Positions 12,406 to 26,599 are shown, numbered from the stretch's first letter. The stretch: 64,000 nt of DNA from Phoronis australis (GCA_002633005.1 NMRA01000042.1:246838-310837); one strand, 5' to 3'. The notes: generated by a model from the letters alone, not told the origin. A program made the numbers and translations.

Positions 12406-15400
12406 CTGAAAAAGAACTAATGTTACTGCATGAATGTGGAAATAAGTGCACAGCCATCACGTGTGACAGTACATTATTTTATGTAATTGAAAACCTGACT
12501 TCACTCCAAACTCCCATGTTTTGAGAGACTGAAGCAGGAAAGAAGATATTATTCACAAGGTAATTGAACATTTTCAGACCTCAACATGCAATACATGTCA
12601 TAAACAGTGAACCATCTCTCACAATTGTCCTACACTTTCTTAAATGCATCACAGGTTCTTAGTGCTGAAGTCTGTAGGATTTTGGTTTTTGGATCAACGC
12701 TCACATTTAACTTGCACACACCAACACCAATAAGACCAAATTCTTCAACAAGAAGACAGTGTCCATCAAGCTGGTCAAGTTTTGCATCAATGTCCAGTTT
12801 TGACTTCTTCACACTCAACACCAGTAAGACCGCAAATATTTCACAAACGTGAGATGCTCGCAAAAAAACAAGCTCAAGCAAGATGAGCAAAATCTCCACA
12901 TATCACAAGAGAAGCATGTGACCACACTAACTTCCTTTACGAGATTCTTACGGTCTACGGAACTCAAATTTATCATAAAGTAGACGTGGTGTCTAACGAG
13001 TCATTCAAGTACAAACCTTCTGGCGGTTCAGACAGAGGGGGTGAAAGGCAGTACATGTGGTAACCTCGGTCACAATCGTCGCAGAACAACAGCTGGTCCT
13101 GTGGAAATGAGCACAAACAGTTGAGAAGAGTCGAAACTGTCAAGGTACTAACACTTTTCTGGTTGTGAAAATAAGAAATAATCAATTTATAACGTGTTAT
13201 TGTAACTGGGATGACAAACTAGAAGGTGATGGGCAAGGTCATATACAACCACTGCTATTTGTACCAGCCAACACAAAGGTCATATACAACCACTGCTATT
13301 TGTACCAGCCAACACAAAGGTCATATACAAGCACTGCTATTTGTACCAGCCAACACAACTTGTAATACACTAGTCCTCATTCATTATCAATGCATCAAAC
13401 ATAAATACAGAAAATCACTTGAATCAAACAGGACTGTGAGATTTCATCCAAGTAAGGAGAAATCCAACACATCTGAAGGGCCGAGCGCATGGATTAGAAT
13501 AACTGCATTGTGGAACTTTGTCCGACTTACGCAAAAAATGTTTTATGCGAATTTTTCTGTTGATATTAAGTCTTCAACCCTTATCCTGCTGAGCCTCTAT
13601 TCAGACTACTTTCTCTGTGTGCTGAGCTAAGTAAGTCACCACTACTGGTGTACACTGGTCTGTTATGACGGTCACCCAGACTAATGACCTAACGGTTTTA
13701 AATTGGAAATTTGAAGGGGAAACGTTAATTTCATTGAAAAGAAGCCAACATAAAAGTTGTCCAGAATTTAATGAAGATTTTCACCATATGTAAATCTTCA
13801 TCATAGCCTCAGTGAAAGTAAGCTAATCCACTGTCATCCTCTCATGTCTGGCTCTAGCCATATAATGAAACTCTGTGTCTACACTTACATAAACCTGACA
13901 ATATATCCCAAACTAGTAATCACAGCCACATGGTTTAAATCAAATAATTGTAGAGGAAACTGTGAACTATGGAATGCGCATGCTCACATATCTAAACAAC
14001 ATCCAGAGCTCTCACAATTTCTGAATGAAAATCACAAGTGTTCTGGGGTGAATGCACTCTTCCAGTGCAGCCCAGCTGCAGCTTATCATAGTCAATTGAG
14101 TACACCCAACACATTGTAATAGGACAATTGGCATGTCGGCTGAACTCGCCTAGCGCAGGATACTGGTTAAATATTTATTTATCTAGAATTCAGTGATGAT
14201 CGTGAAAACGAATGATGACAATTTCATTAAAACTATACTCCCAGACTTTCCCAGCTTCTTAAGCATGTATAACTTGGTTCACAGCAAGTTCCACTCACTC
14301 ACTCAGTAACATGACCTCAAATACAAATACTAAACTTGTTGCCAACATCATCTCCACACAAAAACTCTACTCAATCCCAATGTCACAGAGTAGTCAAGAA
14401 AATCAATTTACAAATTAAAAAAGTTTGAAAGTCAGCTGTCATGGTGGTCTTAGGACTTTTGTCTTGCAGTTGTACAGCTTACCAAATCATAATTGTTTGA
14501 TTATTTAAAAAGAATATTGTGAACTGTTATGCAAATGTGACTATTACTTTGAGACACTGCGTTTCATACTATGGCAAGTGTTGCATGTTTTTATTCACTT
14601 TTACAACTGTTAAAAAAGATCATGTCATGAAATAAGCCAAGTTAACAGTTCCTGTTTTCTCCCGGTACACTGTAGTCATAATGAAGCTTGGCAAGTTATT
14701 TTTGGTTTGATAAAGTCCTTCATTCTTATTTTATCTTTATTAAAAGTTGGCCAACATAAGTTTGACTTTTTGACTATGCCATTAAGGCATGAGGTCCACT
14801 GAAAAATACACAGTGTATTTCAATTAAAAAGAATTTCATCAAGTGCTATCAGATTTTAACTTACGTCATTTTCAGAGGTGCGACAGATGAGGCAGGATTT
14901 ACATTCAATGCATTGCCAGGGATACTTCTTCACAGAGACGATCATATTCTCTGTGAATTGTAAGCAAGTGGGATGACCTGGAAACAGATGGAGGCATGTG
15001 TCAATCAAACATACTCATTGGCCAATCCTGGTGAAATACTGCAATCAAACATATTCATTGGCCAATCCTGGTCAAACACTGCAATCAAACGTATTCAATG
15101 GCCAGTCCTAGTCAAACACTGCAAGATTATTCTGAAAACATACATAAAGCTCCTATAAATATGCCTACCAATAACTTTTGATTTAGACCATCAGCTATTC
15201 TAAAACTGGCTGAAATTAGTTACCGATATTATATGCATTTTCTGTGCTTGGGAAGTACAGGTTGCTAAAGGTGGCGACGAGGATCAACAAACTAACTTGA
15301 CACTATACTTTATATTATGTACAAGGCATAGTGTCATGCAATCACAAGCTGACTTGACACTATACTTTATATTATGTACAAGGCATAGTGTCATGCAATC

Positions 15401-18400
15401 ACAAACAGACTTGACACTATACTTTATATTATGTACAAGGCATAGTGTCATGCAATCACAAGCTAACTTGACACTATACTTTATATTATGTACAAGGCAT
15501 AGTGTCATGCAATCACAAACTAACTTGACACTATACTTTATATTATGTACAAGGCATAGTGTCAAGCAATCACAAGCTGACTTGACACTATACTTTATAT
15601 TATGTACAAGGCATAGGGTCATGCAATCACAAACTAACTTGACACTATACTTTATATTATGTATAAGGCATAGTGTCATGCAATCACACGCTAACTTGAC
15701 ACTATACTTTATATTATGTACAAGGCATAGTGTCAAGCAATCACTAGCTGACTTGACACTATACTTTATATTATGTACAAGGCATAGTGTTATGCAATCA
15801 CAAACTAACTTGACACTATACTTTATATTATGCACAAGGCATAGTGTCATGCAATCACAAACTAACTTGACACTATACTTTAGATTATGCACAATGCATA
15901 GTGTCAAGCAATCACAAACTGACATTTCTTGAAATGTCCAGAATCACTTATAATTTGAGTAAGCAACAAGTTGAGTCAAATATGACGTCAATGTGATAAA
16001 AGATTTAAGTAATAAGTTAGTCTACTTGGAAGAAGATGAGATCATAACAACTTAAAGTTTTCTTTAAAGTTTTTGTAAACATCAGTGACATAGCTTTTTT
16101 GTATAATCCTTCAGCCTGTAAACATCAGTAATGAAATAGACAAAATACAACAAGGTGCAATTAAATTATACAATCATTGACAAATATTTCATACATCAAT
16201 GCAAGGATATATACTGTAAACTCGCGGGTTTACGCCCTAGGTGCTTAAATTGGGAAACCCTGAGACAGGGGTGGGCAATTACCCAAGCAGTGGGTGCTTA
16301 AATCGAACAATGGCAAAAGTTGGGGGTAGGGGATTACCCAAACAGTGGCCGCTTACATCCAAATTTTTGCTGAACTGGGCAAGCGGGCGGGGTGTTCATT
16401 CGAGCACGGAATTTGTAAGTTTGGTCAGTTAGTGGAACCCGACAACCACAAAGTTTCTCACGGCTCAAACAGAAACAGGATTTCGACTTTGAACGTGTGA
16501 TTTCACAGACTGTTACTAAAAACTCAGATATTTTTCAAATATATCGGCGCACTGCAAAGTTTCATTCCACAGAATTTTATGAAACTCGAATGGCAGTCCA
16601 CTTATCCTATCAGCAAGAACTGTTTTAGATCAGTGAATGTGACAGTCCAATGGGATTAGACTACTCGGTGGATAAAACTGAACTGAGTTGAGCTGTCTCA
16701 AACATGCAAAGATGAACTCAAACGCATCACTGATGCCGTGTTTCCCGCAAACACAGAAGTACGAGCCAGAGGCAAAGCTGTGAACAAAAGCACAAAGTTC
16801 AAGCTCAAGTTCTGTTAGCGGTAAGTTGGGGATGGGTGATTACCTGAACAGTGGGCGCTTACATCAAAATTTGGCAAAAGTCAGGGGTGGGCGATAACCC
16901 GGGCATGGGCGTTAACCAGTGAGTTTATGGTAGTTTGCTTCACAAAAGCATGGTTAGGAATTGTCGGAGACATTCAGCTTGTGCCGTTTGAGAACAGACG
17001 TGAAACAACAAATGAATAAATACAAGCCAGATCAGATCACTAATTAATCAACAGCAACATGTGCAACCATTAATGTATAAATAAATAAAAATATGTATCA
17101 AAATGCCATTTCATTAACAATGCTTAAAAAGTCAGGTAACAAATAATATGAAGTAAAAAGACGAACGTCTGTATTAAAATCTATTAAAATATTTAAACAA
17201 GATTTTAATATTTACCCTCGTCCTTTTACTTCATACTAAATAAATCAATTCTCATAACATAATTGTGTTACAGTATAAACCAGTGTCTTGATATCATATG
17301 AGTAAGAATTACAAGTGTAAGACTAAAAATTCTTACTTAAATCAATTATTCATTAAAAACCAAGAACATCAACCCACCAGATCTTCCACAATCAGCGCAA
17401 GAGACAAGTTCCTCTGAAGACTTTGTCTTCTTGTTGAAGCTAGCATCTCCCAGACAAAAGTCACAGTAGTCATTGGGACCAGAGTTCTTGTCATTGGGCG
17501 GTGGAGTGGCTGCAAAACAAGTTATATATTAATAACAATAATGAACAGTGATATTAAAAATAACAGTGATAATAATAATAATAATGATGATGACACCCAG
17601 AATTCCAATAGTAACTGTGCTGTAACTCCTGACAATAATTTTCATTGCAGCTGCATAGACCTGCTTACTCAGACTGCATCATCCCAGTCTTGAAGCACAA
17701 CACTCATTAAGATGTGAGCTGGGAGAAGAAAGCAAAAACCATCAAAGTTACACAAAAACGGAAAATATAAGTGTTGCACAATAAGTGCAATCGAATTAGA
17801 GTCACTTAAGTCAACTCTTGCATCAATAAACAATTAAATGAGTGGTCAAAATTAACTAAATGCGAAACCAACTTCTTGATTTTTTTCAACAAAGCAGTGA
17901 ACAATTTTCCCCTTACGAAAACATAAATGGTCTAGAAAAAACTAGATGCATAAGACTAGGAAACCGGAGCAAAAATAACGTAAAGGGTAAGTAAAAGCTA
18001 TTCATAAAGTGCAGCCAATGAGCGAGGCATTCTGTGTTAATATAAGGGGCACTGCTGGAAGGCAGCCTATGGGCGAGGCCCTCTATCTTAATATAGGGGA
18101 CTCGCTCGTCAGCTGCCTTTCAGCGGGGCTGCCTATATTAATACAGAAGGCCTCACTCATCAGCCGCCTTCCGACGAGGCTTCCAATATTAATGTAGGGG
18201 CCTCACCTTTGAGGCCCGAAATTCAAATTTTGCCTATATCATTTTAATAAGAATAAGTCATTTTAAATAAGCTGTTTGTTATTAAATGTTGTGTTCGAAG
18301 AAAAACATGAAAATTTCATATCAAAACCACTTAATGCAAATAACGCTGTCTTGTAAAGGTCAACATTTTTGAAAAGCCACAAGCATTTCGCAGGTGGTTG

Positions 18401-21400
18401 AATGAATACAGTATAAATTTAATACAGTTAGTAACATTACCATTTTTCTAGTTTTCACAGGCTGACTACATTACTACAAATGGTGAACAATTTCCCAACA
18501 GCTCTTTGGTGACACTGTGCCATACAAACCATACTGACAACAACAAAATACAGTAAACAGTTCCTAAAAATTCCATTTGTCTGCCATATTTTGCCATAAA
18601 CAAAAGGATTTCTACTGTGTCTTTTGCACAAGGCTCCAAACTTCAGAACATTATTTTTCAGGAATAGATCCACAGATTTCATTAAGGTTTGATGCAATTT
18701 CTATCAAAACTTTTGATGCCAAACCTTAATAAAATGCTAGTTTTTTGATCCATTTAACATTTAAAACATTGACCTAAAATGCCAGGTAATGTAACAACAA
18801 GAAATAAATGCTGTGAACTTCTCCACGTTGACCCTAACTTTCAGAAAACAATATTTTTAAAGGTTGGACAGTAGCTTCAAGTAGTTGGTTGGACAGTAGC
18901 TTCAAGTAGTTACTTGGGCAACATTCTAATTAAGTCTCTGGCTTACCCTTAAAATGTGTCAAAGAATTGTCCCCATCCCCGATATGTTAAAATGGAGACA
19001 AATTCATGCATAAAATGGGAGTACAGAAAGACAGCCTAGCTAACCATGGCTGGTTTCGAAAAACAGCAGCACACTAAGACTGCACCATTTTTTGGAAAAA
19101 GAAACAAAACAAAACAAAACGACAGCACAAACACTGCTTCAAAACAAAAGTTGTCCAATGATATGAAAATTGTTACATATTCACAGGAAAGTTATGTGTA
19201 AGCAATTTTGAGAAATCTGTCATCAAGAGCAACAAAAAATGATACGGTCATGAAAACATTCTTATCATCAAAAATGAATCAAACTTTAAGCTTAAGCTAA
19301 CTATATTCATAGTTTGTTAGTATAAACAAATTTTTTGTTCGCACTCTAGATGAAAGTTTGGAAACAAAACTAATAATCAATTAACAAGAATAATTAGTCA
19401 GGGTGACTGAATTGATAGGAACATGTTATTTTTAGAAAATGGCAAGTACTTCTGGAACACTGTCACAAAGTAAAAGGTACCAGTGGGGTTTATGGGTCCT
19501 ATTGATGGGAGAACCAGTTTTCGCTGAATAAAAAGCCATTATTCAGAGGAAAAGGGTACTCAAAACATGGAACCTTTCAAACCCAAGAACCAAGTAAGAA
19601 AATTTGAGTTTGCTTTTTCTTGATGCTGATCAATTGATAATCAACCTGTTAAAACAGATTAAACTGGGCCCGTTATATCCAAGGTCACACACTGAGTCAT
19701 AGCTATGAACACCATATCATAGAGTTCTCCCTGCACACTGTTCATTAATCAAGGTGGTTGTGAAGACTTTTGTTAAATGTGAACATGGATTACAGTCATA
19801 TTTACAATAGCAGCATCTTAGCAACAACTGGATGGGCAACCTTTATTAGCACAGGCTTTTAATGAGGACTGAAAATACAAACTTATCAAGCTTATGATCA
19901 GGATTAACACACAGGCCATCATCAAGAAAAAGCAAATCCAATTTTCCTTCTTAATTATGGCACCAAATGAGCATAAAAGCTGCGTTTTCATGTGCTATTA
20001 CGATACATTAACATTCACTTAATATTTTCAAACAGATAATTGCACTAGTCGGTTGCCTCCATGACATACAACAACAAATTAATATTCCAGTCTGACAGTA
20101 AAATCTGTTCATTGAGAGACTTTAACAGTGAGTGTACTATATTTGTGCATGAAGATGAAACTTTCATTTACCTAACATACTACACATGCAAGAAATAATT
20201 TATAAACAAGCCATGCTGCTTTGGGAATAATTATGTCAGTCAACCGGTCAAATTTGATAGAACCGAAAATAAATAGAATTTCTGCATTCTCTTATCTAAT
20301 TTGTTCATAAAGAATAACAGATGAATGAACAAATTTCAAATATTATGCAAAAATACTAGCCCATGACAACGCTGCTTAGTAATATTGCCATTTAAAAATA
20401 GCACGTTTAGAGTTAACAAAGTAAACTTGACGATACCGTCAACAGAAGATAAAGGCTTAGGGGAGACGGAGGAGGGGCGGGGCTCCTCGGAGTACCCATC
20501 GTGAAAGTGGGTGTAGTGGTACGTCAGCCCCGGCCGGGTTTTGTAACGAGCACTACAGACTGAAATACAGACAGGCAAAACGATACTACGTCGCAGAGGT
20601 TACAGGCTACAACAAAATGTGTTACAGAGACCAGAGCAGAGACAGCACTTTGCAGACATGACATTTTTATGGAAATAATATGCCAAGCCACATGTTGACT
20701 ACTGAAAGAAAGCACCACAGTACTCATAACAAATTGTGGCAGTGATTCATATATTCTGTTACAAGGTGTTAATTTCAAATTTTCCATTCATTAATTAACG
20801 AAGCCTCACTAATGGTTTTGGGAGTACAACTGTACTTTAAATGAAACAGTATCTGAATTTTGTGTTGATGTGTACGATGGTGAAGAATGTCCAAATAGTG
20901 CTGCATCTAGTTCATTCACTCAGAATTTAATATGTAACAACATGTGATTGGGTAAAAACGAGTTTGAGCAACATCTACACTGAACTTGAAATGCTTTTTG
21001 CAACAGTTAGTATTTCTAGCTTTATTCAAGCCAATTTCATGTTGGATATGCCAACTAATAGAGTCATGTGAATGGGACAATAACCTGATATGCCAAAATT
21101 GTCAAATTTCTATTTCCGTGAAAAGGATTAATTTTCCAGACACTTTCATAAATTAAATAAACCATTCGCTATTTGTTAACCTCATCGCCAAGAGTGCGTT
21201 CTGTACTTTCGAATATGAGTAATTATAGACGAGTCTAAAGGGTACAATTACCTCATCTCTCAATATATCCCCTGTCAACACATGACTAGTTCTTTGTCAA
21301 CCTAGTTAAACATGATTGTCACAAGCATGTATCATTGGTGTGGGAATATGACACGAGTATCATTGCTCAAGCTTGTTTCTCACTAATGGCTCATTCACCA

Positions 21401-24400
21401 CATGCAAACTCAGTTTTTAGGAAATCAACATCGCGCTTAGTACAAAAACAATAAGTAATGCGTGAAGCAGATGTGCTACTTGCAACATACGAAATAATGA
21501 ACTGAGCAAGATTGATATGAGCTGCAGTTAGTGAAGAAGCCATGATATTGTGAAGTGATTATCAAGAGAATTGTTGAATATTTAGTAAAACAATAAAGAA
21601 TAAACATGTGCAATGCTTTGTAACTGCCAACAGTCATTAAATAGTTTACTTATTAGAGTGGAGAGGAAAGCTGTTTCAAAATACACTGTCCAGCTGGAAA
21701 CATGTAAGGCAGTCTAACTCTTGCTTTCTTGAACGATAGTGAACAGTGAGTATATAAATGTCACCTGGAGATAGCAAAAAGGCATGAACCATCGTTTTGT
21801 TTAAATTAACAATTATAAGACTTAGCTCCTTTGTTTTGAGGGTTTCCCAGTTTTTAAAAACATTTTCCATTAAAGCATCAGTACCCCTATGAAGGCCACC
21901 CTAAACCTCGCTACAGTTATGGAAAATCAATGGCTGAAGATGCTAGCGAAACTGAAATGTTGCATTTTTGAAGACATTTTGGCCAATTTGGAACAATGAA
22001 TGAACTGAGCCTATGGATGCCATAGACACACGACTTCCCAACACAATGCTTCATGCAAACTTGAGATTTCAACTAGACGGTGCGCAAACGACATTCAAAA
22101 AGTGACAACAAATCTTGTCATGCTGGTTGCTATAGTGAATACATTACGTTCACATGGAAATGGCTTCTCTGTCTCCTCTTCCCCGCTCTTCTCACGAGTT
22201 GCGTAAACTTTCTTTCCTCTACCTCGTCCGCCCTAGGTAAATACAGAAATCATAGAGCAAATGAAAAACATCTCTATGTTAAGATTCACGGTGATCACTC
22301 ATTGTATTGTATGGTATGGTATGGTATGGTATGGTATGGTAGTATTGTATTGTATTGTATTGTATTGTATTGTATTGTATTGTATTGTAGTGTACACACT
22401 GACATGAGAGTCCATAAGTTACCCACTCCTTTCTGTGTCATATCTGGCAACATAGCCTCATTGATTGCACCATGTGGGCCACTCACGGTAGTTTTTCACC
22501 TTTATCCACTAGCGGCTACATTGCAACCCAAAATAGAACAATAACTCTTTCTTGACATTGGCAGGATGAAAACACTTGAAAACTAGATAACAGAAACAGT
22601 ACAGCAACATGTGGAACCCAGTGGAATGAAACTAAAGATGAAAAGCTGCCCTCCAAACATGATGCGCAGTGGGTGAATAATCTGATCTTCGAAAATAGGC
22701 GGTGGACATCGGAATTTGGCTACAGATAGCAGACAAATGAAGCAGGAAAATATATGAAAAAACACAAAGTCACATAAACAACATGAAAAATGTATCAGAC
22801 ATCTCATGCCTTATTTGGATTAACATTAGCACGAAAAATGAATCACATCACTGAAGTCTTGTAAGGACTAACTTTAGCAGCCTTCTTTCGCTTCTTTCTG
22901 TAAGTTTCCTCATAGTCACTGACATCTGAAAAGTCTTCAATTTCACCTGCGTCAGGTGGCTCACTGATATCTTCCACATCATCATACCTGTACACAAAGA
23001 AATGACCACAATAAATGATGGAATCTAAAAAAAGGTTTGGTACCCAGCTCCAGGCAAAGTCTGACAGTCAGCATCAGCTCCGGGCGATGTTTTCCTTCTG
23101 TACGGAGTAAATGTGAGAGCACGCCACTTCACAGTGCAATGTTTGCACATTTGTATATGATTGTGTACCTCTGCATATGAATACGCATTAGTACCAATTA
23201 GTACCAGGTGTCTTCACACAGGTCACATGTAGCCAGGGCCACGCTGAACATTCGCTACAACTATGACCGACATTGGTAGGATATCTCATATACATTTACC
23301 GAGTCTAATGACACCTAAGCTCCATGTAACAATTATCGTCATTTGCATTTGATTGTCTAAAAATTTATTTTCTGTGCTTCCACCTTCTGTGCTTTGCTGC
23401 ACTTGTAAGTTTTACAGTTTCATGCATTCCGAGTTCACTCAATTCACAATTGTTGTTCATTCAGTGAAACTTGTGTTTTCTTCGACTGCTTGCTACAGAT
23501 GGTGTTTGTAGATGTTTTGTAGTCAGAAAAAGATCACTTCTTGTTATAGCATACCACACATTGCTTACTTTAGCCCATGTCAGTACACAATTCCTGCAGC
23601 TCAAAGAAGGCAATAAATACATGAACTAGAGCAAAAATTCCCGAAGAAGAACAAATTACAACAACAACAACAACAGTAGCAACTTGTAAGCACTATGTGG
23701 CCATTCTTGTGGCCATCCTTACCAATAATCCTTGTTGACAGCTCTTTCAACTGTCACAGCATCTCTATTCAAGTCATCCTCCTTCAACATCAGAGGGTTT
23801 TCAACTGCACTGATCTGGTGAAGATCTGAAAGTAACTGAAAGCATCAAGAAGTGTGCCACATGTTTCAAGTGTGCCATGCTTTGCTATAGATACTTCTCC
23901 ATTATATTCTGAACTGTCTCACATTGAGACTGCTCATTTGAATCCAAACATCAATTATTCAAAACCAACTAGCATGAGAATTTTTGGAAGCATTGACCAA
24001 AACATGTCTTGCTTCAAAAAAAGTATTGGTTTTGTTTAAAGACCAAAATACTATTATGACACCTATGTGATGCTAACTCCACCCGTCAGAAAAGATTTAA
24101 TCATATATCACCAAAATAACAAAGATTACGATGTATGACAGAATAAATGAAAGTAAGTTTTTCTTCAAACATAGCATTGCAATCTTTAGATTGTAATGTA
24201 TGTACATATGACTAAAGAAATCATCCTATGTTGATATATTTTTATCTGTCAATCTATCAATATAGGTGAGTTCACAACCACTTGAAAGGAGATTGCAGCT
24301 CAAAACTTTCAACATTTTGCCTATAACACTAAAAACTTAAAAGCAAGACCAAGTTCCAAGAAAGCGGAATCTGAAAGAAACTATCGTGCTGGTTAACGGT

Positions 24401-25086
24401 ACCAGACTCGCCCGTTTCCAACAGGTCATCCTTAACGGCTTCCGTTTGCTCGACCACAGGTGCAGGTGGTCTCTTCTTCTTGCGCCATCTTTTGGCAGGA
24501 TAGGTATACAACTGACCAGGGGACTTGCCTAAGGATAAAGGAAGACCTTCACTTTAAATAAATAAATAATCAAAATTAAACTTAATTTGAAATGATGACA
24601 CCTAAAAATCACTTCCTTCCCCCCACTACTTTATCGCGAGATCAAGAAACATGCTAATAAGTCTATCACACTAAGCTTAAACATTCCTTTGCCATGAAGC
24701 CAATCTTTAATAAAGCCAGGATTGACTCAGTTGGAATTAACGATCACCAAGTATCCAATATGAGCCAGTCTCCACAACTAACTTGAGCAGAGGATGACTG
24801 ACCAAGGTGATTGTTGATTTCACCTAAATAATAAGTAGTAGGTGTCTGGTAAACGCTGCTCTCTGGTATCAATAAACGCCCAAGAGTCTTTTGTTATCTA
24901 AAGGTAAGCTCACATACCAGGCCCCCTGTCATATGCCTTGATCCACAGTGAACAGTTAATCTGTGCCATGCCAGTCTGGGCATCAAGGAAGGGCATGCGC
25001 ATCTTCCTGTCTAGAAGCAAGCGACTGTTGAAGGAGGCTGTATTGTCCATAGCCTCCTTCCAATACTGGTCAGTAGATGTGGTCAT
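12335..25086 (-). CDS. DPF2: Zinc finger protein d4/Requiem family (DPF1/2/3-like, BAF45); complement(join(12335..12405,13017..13098,14865..14977,17378..17509,20437..20559,22148..22232,22873..22987,23723..23825,24403..24528,24918..25086))
   Basis: Requiem N-domain ([11 protein letters not shown]...[20 protein letters not shown]), C2H2 finger ([26 protein letters not shown]) and double PHD (YCDFCLG...[15 protein letters not shown]...WQCIECKSC...[33 protein letters not shown]). Joined length 1119 nt = 373 codons including stop. Probably a single invertebrate co-orthologue of DPF1/2/3, so the symbol is approximate; the start ATG is inferred. Confidence 0.95.
13017..13098 (-). CDS. DPF2: DPF exon (PHD2)
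   Basis: cacAG acceptor; [27 protein letters not shown]; G|GTTTGT donor. Confidence 0.94.
13235..13358. repeat. 41-bp tandem repeat x3
   Basis: AAGGTCATATACAACCACTGCTATTTGTACCAGCCAACACA. Confidence 0.9.
14865..14977 (-). CDS. DPF2: DPF exon (PHD1/PHD2)
   Basis: ttccAG acceptor; HPTCLQF...WQCIECKSC...SEND; |GTAAGT donor. Confidence 0.94.
15002..15124. repeat. 40-bp tandem repeat x3
   Basis: CAATCAAACATAYTCATTGGCCAATCCTGGTSAAAYACTG. Confidence 0.88.
15287..15922. repeat. 63-bp minisatellite x10
   Basis: Unit ACTTGACACTATACTTTATATTATGTACAAGGCATAGTGTCATGCAATCACAARCTR; explains the repetitive ORFs 15284/15297. Confidence 0.95.
16214..16930. mobile_element. MITE with TA TSD (Tc1/mariner/pogo-like)
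   Basis: TA-flanked imperfect ~24-bp TIRs (CTGTAAACTCGCGGGTTTACGCCC / GGGCGTTAACCAGTGAGTTTATGG) with GGGTGGGC subterminal repeats. Confidence 0.75.
17378..17509 (-). CDS. DPF2: DPF exon (PHD1 N-half)
   Basis: ttgcAG acceptor; [11 protein letters not shown]...[10 protein letters not shown]; G|GTGGGT donor. Confidence 0.93.
20437..20559 (-). CDS. DPF2: DPF exon (C2H2 zinc finger)
   Basis: tttcAG acceptor, G|GTATCG donor; [19 protein letters not shown]. Confidence 0.92.
22148..22232 (-). CDS. DPF2: DPF exon (GRGRGKK...EKPFPCE)
   Basis: cctAG acceptor, C|GTAATG donor. Confidence 0.87.
22303..22388. repeat. Pentanucleotide microsatellite (GTATG)n/(GTATT)n
   Basis: Directly visible. Confidence 0.95.
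22873..22987 (-). CDS. DPF2: DPF exon (acidic region + RKKRKK)
   Basis: tacAG acceptor, AAA|GTTAGT donor; [12 protein letters not shown]. Confidence 0.85.
23723..23825 (-). CDS. DPF2: DPF exon (linker)
   Basis: tttcAG acceptor, TG|GTAAGG donor, phase-consistent open frame. Confidence 0.8.
24403..24528 (-). CDS. DPF2: DPF exon ([16 protein letters not shown])
   Basis: ccttAG acceptor, G|GTACCG donor. Confidence 0.9.
24918..25086 (-). CDS. DPF2: DPF first coding exon (Requiem domain)
   Basis: catAG|G ATG ACC...; [34 protein letters not shown]; G|GTATGT donor. Confidence 0.9.
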
Positions 25087-26599
25087 CCTATGAAAACATG
25101 TGACTTGTTAGCAATAAGCACCGTGTTGCTCAGCTAGCTGGCTAGCTACAAGTCATACAAAAATACTTTTAGCAATTCAGTATTCATAAAATAAACCAAT
25201 TACCAGTGATTTGGCAACATCATTAATTTCTAGGCACAAGTCATGGAATGATTTATAACAGTCTGAGGGAATGCTCCTCACTCTCATGCCACTAAGTTGT
25301 ACACCAAACATGCTGCATAACCTTGTGGTTGCAATTGCTCCACAGGGCAAGAGTAAATGTTAATCTATTACAGTCACACTGGACATGATAGACCTCGAGT
25401 CAGCCAGTGCCATAGTAGAAACAAAGTTCCCTCAATCGTGTGGACTACATATTCAAACCATACCTTTCATGTCGAGATGATTGTAATTAGTGCCTTGCTG
25501 TATAAATATACAGCTTTGTACCAATGTGCCTAAAAATGGCCAAATAAAGCCTGACACAAAATTACTGTCCAACTAACAAAGGCAAGCAGTATGGTCCAAA
25601 ACGTGACCAGCTCCTGGCAACCTCGTTGGAGGAGCACGATCACCACCACAATCTGTGACAAATGTTTCATCAGTTGCAGGAACTCTAATAACATACACAC
25701 TTGATGTTACCATTTCCCAGAATCCTCTCGTCACGGCGATTCCAAAAATGTGTTACTAATGCCAATTGGTCTCTTCTTATTTGTGTATTCAGTGTTTTTT
25801 CTTAGGCGTTCATTTGCTGATAAGCCGATCTCGAGTGGCAGCCATTTTAGAAGCCTCTCGGCAAGAGTGAAAACTACAACCATCACGCCTGTGTCGGACG
25901 ACCCAAAAATTTTCTGGTATATTTAAGATCATGGGTACATGTAGCCAGCCACCTAGCTGTATGAAGACTATCGTCAAAATACAGCTAGGTACTACTGTGT
26001 GTTCAGTACCGACAGACCTCGAAATTGCACACAGCCAGGGTAGTTCTGCTCGTCACCTCGCCGTGAAACTTGTATCAACATGTACCTGCTAAAGACCGGA
26101 CAGGGTGTATGCAAAAACTGTAAATCAACCGACACTCACCTTGCCCGTTACAACTGTTTAAGTGAAAAACAATCTAATACATGTCATTTTCTTGCGTACG
26201 TCTTCACCTTTTGTATCAATGAAATGCATTTTGTCGTTTTGAAAACAGTACGCTCGTGTCACGCGTACGTGCCATTTCCTAAAATTTTGCAACATCTCTT
26301 ACGAGATGATGACAGCTTTAGAGCAGCAAAGTTGATTCTGAAATTTGGCTTGCTGGTATCAAAATACTAAAAACTTTTAACTAAGTGAAACCAGTTACGA
26401 TAATTTGTTGTGACATCTATGCAACCTTGTGAGTTGTGGACGAAGGACAGTTGATTGGAAAATCAGCGAAAAAAGACACTGGTCAATACAGTGACGCAAT
26501 ATTTCATGGCGCCGAAAACCAATGCAAAAGATGTCTCCCCAACTTTAGCAGCAGAATAACGATAGAACGCCATTCTTTCCAACACCATTAATTTAGTTT

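Noticed and set aside
15284-15932. Long repetitive ORFs on both strands (211-213 aa), superficially CRISPR-like or repeat-protein-like
   Set aside because: A pure 63-bp tandem minisatellite with no unique spacers, inside a DPF intron. The ORFs arise because 63 is a multiple of 3.
25809-25845. MAATRDRLISK as the first DPF coding exon (vertebrate DPFs start MA...)
   Set aside because: It ends in a TGA with no GT donor in a suitable position; the ATG at 25086 was preferred.
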